From: Nemertoderma westbladi
Taxonomy: Eukaryota; Animalia; Xenacoelomorpha
Length of the DNA: 64,000 nt
Direction of reading: 5' to 3'
Assembly (NCBI GenBank): GCA_032718475.1
Contig: JAUCBJ010007402.1
Span: 1 to 64,000 of the forward strand
The notes under the pieces were generated by a model that was given only the letters and a program-made list of their open reading frames with translations, was not told the DNA's origin and did not search any database. This document shows, piece after piece, positions 12,534-24,777 of this stretch. How positions within the stretch are numbered: position 1 is the stretch's first letter; the number at the start of each line of letters is the position of its first letter. The position numbers and the translations under genes were made by a program.

Positions 12534-15500
12534 TTATTCGGACCACCAGGAGGGGGTAAATTTGAGCGGTAAGTTTTTGTAGTGGTTATTGAGTCTCGAT
12601 TTGAATGCGTTAAGTGAGGGGGCGGTTACTACAGATTCGGATAAGGCGTTCCAGGGGTCAATGACACGGAAATGGAATGTTGCATTGCGTTGGAGGAGAC
12701 GTGCGCGCGGTTTGTTTAGTTTAAGCGAATGGCCACGGAGGTTAGTTCCTGCGAGTGTGAGCATGTTTCTGAAGTCGACCGATTCCATTCCACTCAGGTA
12801 ACGGTAAATTTGCACGAGGTCTGCGCGATGCCGTCTGTATTCCAGTGTAGGTAGTCCCAATTCGCGTAGTCTCGTAGGATAAGGCTTATCTCGCAAATCC
12901 TTTACTAGTCTTGTTGCACGTCGTTGCACAGATTCGATTAGTCTAATGTTACATATATTGTGTGGAGATCATACTGTGGACGCATATTCTAGAACTGGAC
13001 GGACCAAAGATTTAAAGAGTGCAATAAAGATGTCTGAGTCTAGATGGTTAAATGATCTGTATATTAGCCCCAAAGTTCGGTTCGCTTTCTTTGTTATATT
13101 TGATATATGTCGGCTGAATGACAAATTGTTCTGGAATGTAACGCCTAGGTCTTTCTCGGAATCTGTAGTTTTTAGCGGCTTCCCGCCAAGAGTGTATGGT
13201 AAGCAGGGGTTATTATTGCCAACGTGCATGATTTTACATTTGTCGTGGTTGAATAACAGTTGCCAGGTGATGCTCCATGTGTGAAGAATATCGAGATCAG
13301 TCTGAAGGGGTCCGATGGAAAGTGTAGGGTCAGGAGTAAAAATACAGCTATCCTTGGTGTCGTCTGCGAATAGGAAAATGAGAAATTGCACCAGACTTGG
13401 TATATCATTTACAAATCCAAGGAAATACAAAACGGCACCCACACTTCCTTGTGGCACTCCACTTCGCACTGGCAGCCAATCAGAATGTTCGCCCTGTACC
13501 ACAACTCGTTGGTACCGATCACTTAGGAAATTCTCAATCCAACCCAATAGGTTTCCAGCTATTCCAAGAGTCTCTAGTTTGTGCAGCAAGCGTCGATGTG
13601 GAACACAGTCAAATGCCTTGCTGAAGTCCATGTATGCGATATCTATACATTGTCTTTGGTCTAGTGCTTGTGACCACGCATAGATAACATCCAAAAGTTG
13701 AAGGGTACACGATTTACCGTGCTGGAATCCGTACTGTTGGTGGACAATTAAAACATTTTCTTTAAGGTGAATCCACATGTTATCGACCACAATTCTTTCC
13801 ATCAGCTTGGCGACAACAGAAGTGAGACTTATCCGTCTGTAATTTTCAGAGGCATTCTTTTTTCCACTTTTAAATATTGGCGTAATATTGGCTAACTTCC
13901 ATTGCTGCGGTACCGTTGCTGTATCCATTGACTTCTGAAAAATATGTTTCAAGGGTAAACATATTTCAGAAGAGAGTTCTTTCAGCACAGCTGGGTAGAC
14001 CTCGTCGGGACCAGGTGCGCCTGATCCGTTCATCTTCGTAATAGCCACAGAGATGTCTGATTCCTGGAAGTCAACCGTTGTGATAGGTTGGTGGAATGGT
14101 AGAGGGTGTTGGACGTGGGGGATATTTGTCAAATCTTCAACGGTAGAGACTGATGAATAGTGTTTGTTTAGTGTGTTGGCCTTTTCCTTGTTGTCAGTTA
14201 CTAGCTTACCAGAAGGGTCCATTAGGTCGTAAACTGCAGGTTTTACTTTTCGTTTTGATTGGATATACTTCCAAAATTCTTTAGGTTTTGTTGCTGCACA
14301 CTTAGCTACACTTTTTTCAAATTCGTATTGGGTGTTTCTAGTCATAAGGCTACATTGGTTACGGGAAGTTTTATACACATTATAGTTAGAGGTAGACGGA
14401 TTTCTTTTATAGCTATCCCATAGTTTTCTTTTCCTTTTGATAGTGATTGATAATTCTTTAGTCCACCATTTTGGCCGTTTTTTCTGACTATGTTTGTTGT
14501 TTGTTAGTGGTATGTGCTTTTCACACGATTTTCTAAGTGGTTGGTGAAAAGAAATCCATGCTGCATCTGTATCCATTGGTTGTAGTGTACTATGCCAGTC
14601 TATTCTGTTCAACTCCCTTTTTATTGCGGTATAGTTGGCTTTAGAGAAGATTGGATGACGTCTTACTGCCATTTGGTAAATGGGGCTCGCATGAGTAGCT
14701 TCAAATTCTAGTACTACATGGTCACTTGCTCCAATTCCTGGTAGATAGAGTGGGGGGTCGATCGCATTCTCGTCGCTGGTTAAAATTAAATCTAACATGT
14801 GAGGGGTTTGGCCGTGGCGATATCTAGTGGGTTTGTTGACGTGTTGTTTCAGAAACAAATCTTGCACACATGTTAGAATTAATTCTTCACCCGAGTCGGT
14901 TGTAGACAATTTCTCCCAATCCGTGTGGGGCATGTTAAAGTCACCCGATATAATCAGAGAATGGGTTCTGTTTTCGTCACAGATTTCGTGCAATAGGTTA
15001 CAGACATCCACAAAGTTATCTTTGTTACTTGGACTGCGGTATAAGCATCCAAATATTAGTGGTTCAGAGCTTGTATAAATCGTTAGCCAGATGGACTCTA
15101 AACCATTAGATGTTTGTGGAGCATGAGAATATTCTGAACAATTGAGTGAGTCCTTGCAGTATACAGCAATACCCCTGGAGCATGACATGAGTGATAAGTT
15201 GTTGTAGCATCTAGAGTATCCATCCAGTTTATAGCAGGTTTCGTCGATATGTGTTTTGTAAAACTTTGGCAATATCTCTGTTACAGCAATAATGTCTGGG
15301 TGGCGGTCAGAAGCGATTATAGATAGTTCTGGTAGCTTGTTAAGTAGGTTATCAGCGTTAGTGTAGATACACTTAACGTTTGGCGTTGTGTTGGATTTGG
15401 CAGTAGCCACCGGCAGAGTCCCGGACGGCGGGGTAGCCACAGGCGGAGTCACGGAAGGCGGGGTAGCCACGGGTGGAGTCCCGGATGGCGGGGTAGCCAC

Positions 15501-16205
15501 AGGCGGAGTCCCGGAAGGTGGGGTAGCCACGGGTGGAGTCCCGGATGGCGGTTTAGCCATGGGCAGAGTCCCGGGTGGCGGGGTAGCCACGGTCGGAGTC
15601 TCGGACTGCGGGGTAGCCACGGGCGGAGTCCCAGAAGGCGGGGTAGCCACGGGCGGAGTCCCGGACGGCGGGGTAGCCACGGGAGGAGTCCCGGACGGCG
15701 GGGTATCCACGGGCGGAGTCCCGGACAGCGGGGTTGCCACAGGCGGAGTCCCGGATGGCAGGGTAGCCACGGGCGGAGTCCCGGATGGCGGGGTAGCTAT
15801 GGGCGGAGTCCCGGATGGTGGGGTAGCCACGGGCGGAGTCCCGGATGGCGGGGTAGCCACGGGCAGAGTCCCGGATGGCGGGCTAGCCACGGTCGGAGTC
15901 TCGGACGACGGGGTAGCCATGGGCCGAGTCCCGGATGGCAGGGTAGCCACGGGCGGAGTCCCGGATGGCGGGGTAGCCACGGTCGGAGTCTCGGACAACG
16001 GGGTAGCCACGGGCGGAGTCCCGGATGGGGGGGTAGCCACGGGCAAAGTCCCGGATGGCAGGGTAGCCACGGGCGGAGTCCCGGATGGCGGGGTCGCCAC
16101 AGGCAGAGTCCCGGATGGCGGGGTAGCCACAGTCGGAGTCTCGGACGATGGGGTAGCCACGGGCGGAGTCCCAGACGGCGTCCCAATTGGTGTGTTGCGG
16201 AATAG
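12534..16205 (-). pseudogene. LINE ORF2: apurinic endonuclease + reverse transcriptase, disrupted near the C-terminus
   Basis: APE motifs YTNA, VTE, LYRSP, GDFN, LDLIL, SDH; RT motifs PGPD, DFSKAFD, GVPQGS, FADD. TGA replaces the Trp of EYASTVWSP at 12969; the remainder is in ORF 12534-12929. Confidence 0.92.
15404..16180 (-). repeat. 30-bp coding minisatellite (~26 copies) encoding (TPPSGTPPVA)n
   Basis: Unit gggtagccacgggcggagtcccggatggcg in exact 30-bp register without indels. Confidence 0.97.
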
Positions 16206-17219
16206 TCAGTCAACTTGTTCTGTGCTCTCTGTTGGGTTTGAAGTGGTATGGTTTACAGAACCTCGGATTAACGAATCACGTTGTTGCCTTTGACGGCGTC
16301 TTTGTCTGGCCTTAAATTCCTCCTCACGTTCGTATTTGGACAGATCGCGGTCTATATAATAGCGCTCTCCATTTTTTACAAATGATTTCATCGCAAGTAT
16401 GGTGGTCGCGTTTTCAATAGACCCGAAGGACAGTAGCAGGGGTCGCGCTGAACCATCCTCTCTGTGTTTACCAAGGCGGCGTAAGTTAAGACATTGTGTG
16501 ATTTCACCAATCGAATCTCGAATGGATTTCTCGTCTATTTCACGTTGTTGTCTTTGTGAGTTAGCAGCATTGTCCCCAGGAAGTCGCCTGATGACAACAT
16601 TGCGTTTCCGTAAGTCGTTCTCATGAATTGCCCTTTCTATTGTAATGTAAGTGCTGGGATCTCCTTTTGTTAGTGGCTGAGTTGGTTGTTGTGTCGTCTT
16701 TTGCAGTTCTTTTACGGCCTTTGAATTTTTGCGAACAACTTCAATCCAAGTAGACGAGTTTTTGTCATTGGTTGGTTCATTATCATCCAGTGTATCCAAT
16801 GGGTTCGCTATGTCCAGAGTTTCCAGTTTTGTGAAAACATCAGACTGAATTGTTTCCATTTCGTCTAGCCGTACCTCAATTTCGCTACGTAGTGAGGATA
16901 AGTCCTCCTCTCTTTGGGACGCTACGTTGTGTACATCACGTTTGGTTGTATCACTTGTTTGCTGAAGCTCGAGGTTCTCCTCTTCGAGTTTAGCGATTTT
17001 TACTGCGGAACAGAAGCCACATGCAAACTTTACTTTCCCAATAGAGTGAGTTAGTGACTCTGTAAGAACTTCTATCTCAGTCCATGTTGACTTGCAGAAT
17101 GAACATTCGACACTTGTTTTTGACCAGTTCTTCGTATTTGATTGGCGTCGGTTTGCAGCCACCATCTTCATCGGATTGCCACCAGATTGTCTTCGTTGAT
17201 CGCCTGTTGGAGGTGCCAT
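16206..17219 (-). CDS. LINE ORF1p (CxxC...CxxC finger, coiled coil, RRM-like domain)
   Basis: CSFC...CGFC, heptad region, RKRNVVIRRLP...RRLGK...RPLLLSF...YIDRDLS typical of CR1/L2-group ORF1. Confidence 0.88.
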   Translation of the reverse strand: MAPPTGDQRRQSGGNPMKMVAANRRQSNTKNWSKTSVECSFCKSTWTEIEVLTESLTHSIGKVKFACGFCSAVKIAKLEEENLELQQTSDTTKRDVHNVASQREEDLSSLRSEIEVRLDEMETIQSDVFTKLETLDIANPLDTLDDNEPTNDKNSSTWIEVVRKNSKAVKELQKTTQQPTQPLTKGDPSTYITIERAIHENDLRKRNVVIRRLPGDNAANSQRQQREIDEKSIRDSIGEITQCLNLRRLGKHREDGSARPLLLSFGSIENATTILAMKSFVKNGERYYIDRDLSKYEREEEFKARQRRRQRQQRDSLIRGSVNHTTSNPTESTEQVD

Positions 17220-18548
17220 TAGTTGTTAGAAAATCCAAATCCGAATCCAGTAGGCTAGTATATGCCGGTATAATATATCAATAAAATGCAATATTACTGT
17301 ATTAAATATAATTAGAAGATACTGCAGTATCCTGTCATAGGCATATGGCTGTATGGTTAACTTGGTTAAAGAGACTAAGACTCTATAGTCAGATTTTATA
17401 TAGTAATATTACAGATTATTTTAGGTTTATAGTCAGATGCCGTCCGATCCGATCCGATCCGATGCATTTCGGCAATTATTGTAGCTACAACTGTCAGACT
17501 GCAGACTGTACAGTACAAGCCTAGCTGCTTAGGCTAGGCCTACTTCTGTTTTGCCTAACACTGAACGCAGTCTGGTTGTATGACTATTGCTGTATTGGCC
17601 TATTGCATTAGGCTATTGTATATGGCATGGCAGTACTGCAGTATGCAGGTATGGCAGTACTGCAGTACACAGTATGGGATCATTCGTAGCTCTGTAGCTG
17701 ACTGTGGTGTTCAGAAGGAAATCGGACGCGCGTTGGACTGTTGGATGTCCTGGAATGGAGTCTACCGACCAACTTGCAGGGTGAGGCTGTCCCTCTGCAG
17801 CTCTGATCCTGGGCGGTGGAGACTGTGCTGATGGCGGCGGAAGCGGGAAGACCGGGGCATTCTGTATCCCGATACTACAGCTGGTCCATGAAACTCTACG
17901 GTACAAACTCCGAGATGGAAAACTCGATGGGAAATCGGGGGGAAGAACTAGGCCTACGAAATTTCAGTTGAACTCATTCGATAGAGCGATAGAGGTGACC
18001 AGTTGGCCATCTCCCCGGACGGTTGCTGTGTCATGCGCGTGGCCAGAGGAGTTGGCACGGTACCCGGACGACTAAAGGAATAGTCGGATCCGGTCGTTTC
18101 GTTACTATTCAGCTATTACGAGGCGACGGTAAAGGACGAGGTGCGAGGGCCCATGCCGGGTTAGTTGGAGCACCGGAAGCGCGACACTCGATATCGGGAC
18201 TGATAAAAATAGTTTTGGCTTCGGAGGAAACGGTAAGAAGTGTTTCGGGCGGCATTTTGACGACTATGGACAACCATATGGACTAGGCGACGTGATCGGT
18301 TATCGGATCGATCTGGATGTGGGCACAATTGGGTACCGGTACAGTAAAAACGGAAGTGATCTCGGGAAAGCTTTCGACAGTTCGAGATTCCCGCTAATTT
18401 ACGCAAACTCCCGTTATTCCTGTATTCCCGCAGTCTGTGGTCTGTCGGTATCTTTAAAGAATGCTGAAATTATGTTTATTTTCGCCGAATTTATCCGTTT
18501 ATCTGCGCATCTTCTTTCCGGGTACACCATTGTATCCCGGGCGCCGTT

Positions 18549-18716
18549 TTGTACCTACAATGTACCAAGTTGTGTAACTTTTGTACCCATTGTACCAAGT
18601 TGTGTACCTTTTGTACTTATTATGTACCAAGTTGTGTACCTTTTACACCTACTATGTACCAAGTTGCGTACATTTTGTACCTATTATGTAACAGTTGTGT
18701 ATGGTCTTGTACCTAT
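18549..18716. repeat. Degenerate ~29-31 bp tandem repeat (tgtaccaagttgtgtaccttttgtacctatta)
   Basis: About 5 imperfect copies visible. Confidence 0.8.
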
Positions 18717-19576
18717 TTATGTTTCCTAAAGTAAAGATGTGTAATCTGATTATTATTATGATTGCTACATAACATGGTATAGAGACTATCTTATCTTATA
18801 ACCGTTATCAACAGTGTTGTAGTCATAATTTGCAACGTTTCATTGAAATAATCACTTGAAATATTCGAATACATTCTACCCATAATAATTAATACTAATT
18901 ATTGTAAAACTATTTTTCTATGCGGAAATCCAGACTGAAAGTCTCTCTCTTGATATCTGTTGTTCCTTTGCGTCAATATAATTAGAGTGTATTTAACAAA
19001 TTTATTGTATCCGTTGAAATGTATTTGTTAAACAATAATTTAGTTGTCATGATTTTTAAGTAAGATTAGGTTAATTAAATAAAGCCTTTATAAAATTATT
19101 ATTATTATCCTGGGGGAAACTTTACAGCTTTATCGAAACTCTATAGCTCCATGGTAAGTATAGCTCCACGAAACTCTATGGGGGGGGGGGGGGGGGGGGT
19201 AGTATACTCCAGGTATTAAACTAAACTGATCCTTTTCTTATATATGATGGACAGATTGTCGGATAGTCAGAAAGACCAACAAACACTAATGTTTAGTAAC
19301 TTTATTTTTTCATATCAATAAAAAGCTTGTCTTGCAAGGATTCCAAATACAACTAATTACCCAACTAATTAGTATAAACAATTTCGTGGGAGGGTTTACG
19401 ACGTACCTCCAGTTCCCCCTCCCTCCTCCAAGCCAATTACTAGCTTTACCTGTATCATGGGCGTAGGGAGCATCTGGAGTGGGGTAGGGCACATTTTTGA
19501 AAAGCGGACCATTATCATTTAAATAATTTTTTTTATATTTATTATAACTAACCGACCACAGGACTATGTTAATTAA

Positions 19577-20731
19577 CTACTGGGATAAGCAGGTATTTCG
19601 ATCGAGTTTCTCGTATTCTCGATGCTCGACAGCTCGAGGCGGATAGAGAGATGGTTGTGTTGGGCGGTGTTGTTCAATTCTATCAAACGTATTAAATAAT
19701 TGGTAAAATAATAAAAACACACCAGATAAAGATACTGAGCTTATGGTAAAGAGATAGGCCGAACTTACAATTTCCAAATAGATTGTTCATATAATAAATA
19801 TATTTTTGGTATTTGATTTCAAGATAGGGGGGGGGGGGGGAGGGGACTGGACGCAATAAAAATTAATCCCTCTCCAGGGGAAATTGGACGCAAATAACAA
19901 CAGCTGATTACTCTCAAAAATAAAACTGTAACCTGTTCTATTGTGTTTACTTTATTGTTTTGGTTAAAATAACGTGCCACTGTAACCTGCTCCTTTCCCA
20001 AGCTGCATCCCTAGGTATTATTATTATAAAGAGCGTCAGCCTGCGTTTAATAAATATATTTTAATACAAAACAGGTCGAACACAAAGAGGCTTATAATGA
20101 AGACGAGTACTGCATTGATTATATTCCTATAAACCACCTGGCTTTGCATATTGAACGTGCGTTTGGAAATAAGTTCGTGCTACCCTTCCGTGGGTGGTAG
20201 ATGTCGCGGTTATGTATTGGTGGGTGGGGGGAGGGGGGGGGGGGGGTGCAGATTAAAAGGGGTGAACACGTACTTTCCCCCTTTCTTTGATTAATTGGTG
20301 GTGTGGGTTAATCTCTCATAACCTGATTTTGTGATACAGTCGCACAATTTTAATTTGTATCTCATAACTGGGCCTCGTGCTGCGCGAAGGCCCCACGAAC
20401 GTGTCGTTCTGTCGTTCTGTCGCGTTTTTTTTCAGTATTTTATTTTAAACGTTAATAACTCGGCCAATCCTTGATGAAATCTATCCAAACTTGGTACACA
20501 TGTTGTTTGGCAAAAGTTTGAAAATTTTCCAAGTAGAATTTGCGTGGGGCCTTCGTGCAGCATCAGTGTAACTGTTATTGTAGTTATAATATATTTATTT
20601 ATCCAAAATTAACATGCGTTAAATTATTATTACTGTAGGATAAATCAGCTGGTTTTCTGACAAATTTTGCAAAACATAGGGGCTGTCTGCCAATCTGCAT
20701 GTACCATTTGTACCGGTACTGTCAGGCTGTA
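19577..20731 (+). repeat. Composite duplication: 19577-20001 = 25740-26160; 20005-20400 = 27415-27817; 20403-20731 = 11180-11487
   Basis: Direct sequence comparison, near identity apart from G-run lengths and small indels. Confidence 0.9.
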
Positions 20732-20963
20732 ATACAGGTCAGCCGGTACCATACACTGCAGACATGCCATATCATGTAATCTAAACATGGCCCCGGAAAC
20801 CCTTGCGGTGATTATAGTTTAGGCCTAATTAGCCTAGTACCGGTAATAATAATATAATAGTTTAGATAGTTCAGTAGTTACCGCTAATCATTCAGTCATT
20901 GGCACGGTACACCGTATTGCTGTACTGCCGTTCAGCCGTTGTAGTGCGCACCGTAGGTACCAC

Positions 20964-23900
20964 CAGGGCCTTCATAAAATAACAGGCCTGGACACAGAGC
21001 TGCCCTCAAAAAAATAAGAGGCCAAGTAGGAAGTGTTACTTCATTTCACTCTATGATCATGGGACCAACACATATCAGTACTATATCGTGTATGGGGAAT
21101 TTAATGGACACATTTTTAAGTCACAGTTACCATAGCAACAGTGACTTTCTCCTTAGCAATGGGTAAACAAACAACTTTGTGGCCATTGGATCAACAGAAA
21201 TCAGTACTATATCGTGTATGGGGAGTTTAATGGACACATTTTTAAGTCAGTTACCATAGCAACATAGATTTTCTCCTTAGCAACGGCTGAACTAACAAGT
21301 TTGGGGCTATGTGACCAACACCCACCCCACTATATCGGGTATGACTTTCGCCCTAGCAACGGGTAAGTAAGGGCTCTTTTTCGTTATCTGTAAGCTATAT
21401 ACAGTAGCCTATACATCTATATATATATATATATATATCTATATCTATCTATATATAAAGCCATTTCGTTATAAAGTAAGCTAACTTTTTATTGATGATA
21501 CCATTAATATCTGATAATAATTTATTGATATTACGTGAAGGATTAATTAAACATTTACTTTATTTTCTGAACTGAAATTAAAGATTGCGTTTCATAGATA
21601 AATTATACAAAAAGAATTAGTATTTCGATCATGTTTGTAAAATGTTGACGTAAATAGTTCCATCATCCAACACTTTTCAACTTTTTGAGTTTTTTGTCGT
21701 CAGCTATCTGCTTTTTCCGTTTTGTTGATTCGTTTGTGACGTTTTTTCTGAAATTATTGAGAAGAATATTAGACAGCCGGCGCTGCAACGATGTTCCCTC
21801 ACCCATTTTGTGACCACTTTTACACTTTGACATGCCGAGCAGCTGTCCAAATAATGCAACTAATAATTTTCGTGGTGCTTTACTGGACAGGAATTTATTT
21901 CGTGTACTTGCTTCAGTCATCAACAGCTTTAGGCTTGCGAGACATCGTGAAACATATAATACAAGCCACTTACAAGGAACAGTGAGTTTTCCTCTGTCAA
22001 TCATCGTAGTATATTGAAATGACTTATCGAGGTAAATTGTTAAGTCATTGTCAGTTAGTTCAGCTTTGCAATCATCACATTTAATCTCATGTTTGATTCT
22101 GAAAGCTAACACTCCAGCCAAGTATATTACCACCATTGCATCATTTTCGGATTCTTCCTCTAGTAGACAGTCAACTTGTGGGTTACCCAGTATTGTATTT
22201 ATAATATCATAATCTTCACTAGTTAGACTGCTCTCACTACCATCACCTTTAAATTGATCCAGAAATGAGGAGAGAGTTAGATTGAAATTGCACTGATTCG
22301 ATTGGAACAACTTTATGAGTGACTTCAGCTTTAGTTTTCGTTCAGAACAAATGATCTCGTACACACTGATGAGATAGGAGCACCCACTCATCCTCCGAAA
22401 TAGAGCAAAAACGTGTTCTATTGCATCGTTCTGAAAACGTCCAGGTAAAATATACTTGTATAGTATAGATCTTTCACCATACAATAGATGATGAGATATT
22501 TGTAAAATGACCTTTGTTGTGTTCTTGAACGACTTTAGTGTATCCTTGGTCAAGAGTTGTCCATCATCTAATTGACATAACCAATTATAAAATCCGTTAA
22601 GAAATTCTACCTGTAATTTACTTTTGGTTGTTAGTGGCTGTTGTAATATATTATTTTTCTTAACCCCTATATTGGTGCTTCGAGTATTCATCACCATCCA
22701 CCATTGAGCAAAAAGTAGTAGTAGCTTAGCAGTGCTTGTGTAACCATAAATAGTTAGGGCTGCTATCGTTGAAACATCAATGATAGCCAGTGCACGAGAA
22801 ACAGATTGTCGTTGCAACTTGTTTGGATGAACAACAGTATGGTTGAGCTTTACTGCTAATTTGACAATGTTGTTACTTTCATCATCGTGGACATAAGTAA
22901 TTTCATTCCAGTCTGCAGTGATTGTGTTGGTAGATACTTTGTCTTTAACTTTTTCTTTAAAAACACAGGTATTGTCAAATATTGTTCCTCTCGAATCATC
23001 GTCAGTTGAAATCACTTCAACATTGGCATCCACATCATTCGCTTCATGGTTGTCCAAATCATCAATGTTGAAGTTCCAATCTGATGTAGTTGGAAGTATA
23101 TTTTTAATGTAAACCGTTGGTGTTGTTAGGAGCTTTGTAAATGGTGGGACAATTAACTCAATGGGATCAGGAAAAGTGACTAAACCTTTGTTTACAAAGT
23201 TATTGCGGAAGCATTTTATTTCATGCACTGGATCTCCCATATTAAATAAAACTCTGCCAGTAAAGGGATTTATTATCACAGCTCCTCCAATAGCCTCTGT
23301 GGCGCTATGATTCGTTCGATTACCATCCAGGATGAGAGCAATAGCATTCAGAGTACATACATGCAGTACTTTCAAACTTTCCATGATAGCATTCTTGAGA
23401 ATATCTGTATTAAGGTTAACCACTGGTTTCATCATCACCACTTCCTTTTCTTTACTGCGCAGAAAAACTACCTGCATGACCAAGAGTGTTTTTGCCAAAT
23501 ACTCACATACATCATTCTCACAAGGTATAGGGATTGGCCCTTCAGGTAATCCAAATAGTTTTCCTTCATTGTACATTAATTTGGCTTGTACATAAACTTC
23601 GTCTATCTGCAGAATACAGTCATAGTCACGAAGGTGAGAAAATCTCGACGACCAGTAAGATTGAGCCTCTCCAATTCCACTAACTAATCTTCTAAGATGA
23701 CGCTCACTAGGAAAATATAGTAACTCTGACAGTTCGCGATAAGCAGCAGCGGAAATTGCATGCAAAATCACCGAGAAACACAATAAGTCAGCTAGTTTAC
23801 CAAAACGGCGACGATTTGGAGGAGTGCAGCTTAACTCAATTTGATCTGCGCAAAATCGAAATAACTTACTTTGCTTTTCATCAACTACCTTATCTGAAAG

Positions 23901-24777
23901 TCCCTGTAGGTCTTTCACAACGCTTTCTATTGTAGCATTATGTATTTCATTCCATTCGACTTCTTTGGCAAAGGTTAACACACTATTCAATTCACTATAT
24001 CGAGAGATCTTCTCCCATTTTGTCAAGTGCCCCGGCAACGTAATTTTCTTACCGTTAACGAAAACTTTCACCATGACATTGTTGTCTAAACTGACTAAAG
24101 AACCAGCTTCGCTTTCACCATGCTCTCCGAAAAGATGAACGACATTTTCATTATTTTGGATTAAGTTATAGAATAGCTTGTTTGGTTCAGATAGTTCGCC
24201 CTCATCGAATTGAAATGTGGACACTATTATGTCACTTGACAAAAACTCTCTGATCTCCGCATCTAGTCTTTCACCCTCATTTACAAGTCTTCTCTTCTCT
24301 GCAGTTGATGCAAATGAATTTGAGCTTGCTCCCACATTACCCCGGCACGAAAACGGTGTTGCATCTCTATGAAGGCGCTTTCTTTGCCCTGTTCCAATCA
24401 CATGACTTGGAATGAAATGGTTCTCACAAACTCCCATACTATCAGTTAATGTCACTATACCATCATTTTCGCGTAGTGCCTCTTGCCACAACTTTCTCTT
24501 TTCGACGTTTTTTGGTGGAGCAAAAACAGTTCTCAATGCACTCCGCTGACTCCCACTTTCACAGTTATTGACACTGCAGTGTCTAACCATAATTTCAAAA
24601 TTTCACAACACACAACAAGTATTTAATAAAATATTAAATTATTTTTGTTCTAGAACATAACTCCATTGGCAATTTGTGTAAATCCTTTATGATTTTATTC
24701 TTGAAAACTTCCTACTTGGCCTCTTATTTTTTTGAGGGCAGCTCTGTGTCCAGGCCTGTTATTTTATGAAGGCCCTG
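20964..24777 (-). mobile_element. P-superfamily (THAP, Galileo-like) DNA transposon, apparently intact
   Basis: Perfect 71-bp TIRs (20964-21034, 24707-24777, CAGGGCCTTC...), 7-bp TSD GTACCAC (20957-20963, 24778-24784), single transposase ORF. Confidence 0.95.
21663..24590 (-). CDS. THAP-domain P-element-family transposase (975 aa)
   Basis: THAP C2CH (CSVNNC...W...CENHF...ATP); catalytic-region motifs LQIDE, LILDG, GDPVH, FQNDAIEHVFALFR; C-terminal CxxC...DRGKLTVP. Confidence 0.93.
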   Translation of the reverse strand: MVRHCSVNNCESGSQRSALRTVFAPPKNVEKRKLWQEALRENDGIVTLTDSMGVCENHFIPSHVIGTGQRKRLHRDATPFSCRGNVGASSNSFASTAEKRRLVNEGERLDAEIREFLSSDIIVSTFQFDEGELSEPNKLFYNLIQNNENVVHLFGEHGESEAGSLVSLDNNVMVKVFVNGKKITLPGHLTKWEKISRYSELNSVLTFAKEVEWNEIHNATIESVVKDLQGLSDKVVDEKQSKLFRFCADQIELSCTPPNRRRFGKLADLLCFSVILHAISAAAYRELSELLYFPSERHLRRLVSGIGEAQSYWSSRFSHLRDYDCILQIDEVYVQAKLMYNEGKLFGLPEGPIPIPCENDVCEYLAKTLLVMQVVFLRSKEKEVVMMKPVVNLNTDILKNAIMESLKVLHVCTLNAIALILDGNRTNHSATEAIGGAVIINPFTGRVLFNMGDPVHEIKCFRNNFVNKGLVTFPDPIELIVPPFTKLLTTPTVYIKNILPTTSDWNFNIDDLDNHEANDVDANVEVISTDDDSRGTIFDNTCVFKEKVKDKVSTNTITADWNEITYVHDDESNNIVKLAVKLNHTVVHPNKLQRQSVSRALAIIDVSTIAALTIYGYTSTAKLLLLFAQWWMVMNTRSTNIGVKKNNILQQPLTTKSKLQVEFLNGFYNWLCQLDDGQLLTKDTLKSFKNTTKVILQISHHLLYGERSILYKYILPGRFQNDAIEHVFALFRRMSGCSYLISVYEIICSERKLKLKSLIKLFQSNQCNFNLTLSSFLDQFKGDGSESSLTSEDYDIINTILGNPQVDCLLEEESENDAMVVIYLAGVLAFRIKHEIKCDDCKAELTDNDLTIYLDKSFQYTTMIDRGKLTVPCKWLVLYVSRCLASLKLLMTEASTRNKFLSSKAPRKLLVALFGQLLGMSKCKSGHKMGEGTSLQRRLSNILLNNFRKNVTNESTKRKKQIADDKKLKKLKSVG

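Larger units (their letters stand above)
11523..18550 (-). mobile_element. Near full-length CR1-group LINE (ORF1 + APE-RT ORF2)
   Basis: (ATTAAAC)n 3' tail at 11523-11556, ~1 kb 3'UTR, ORF2, ORF1, GC-richer 5'UTR ending near AAAACGGCG (~18550; 5' end approximate). Confidence 0.9.

Noticed and set aside
15388-16293. 301-aa Gly/Val-rich ORF on the plus strand
   Set aside because: Antisense shadow of the 30-bp minisatellite in LINE ORF2.
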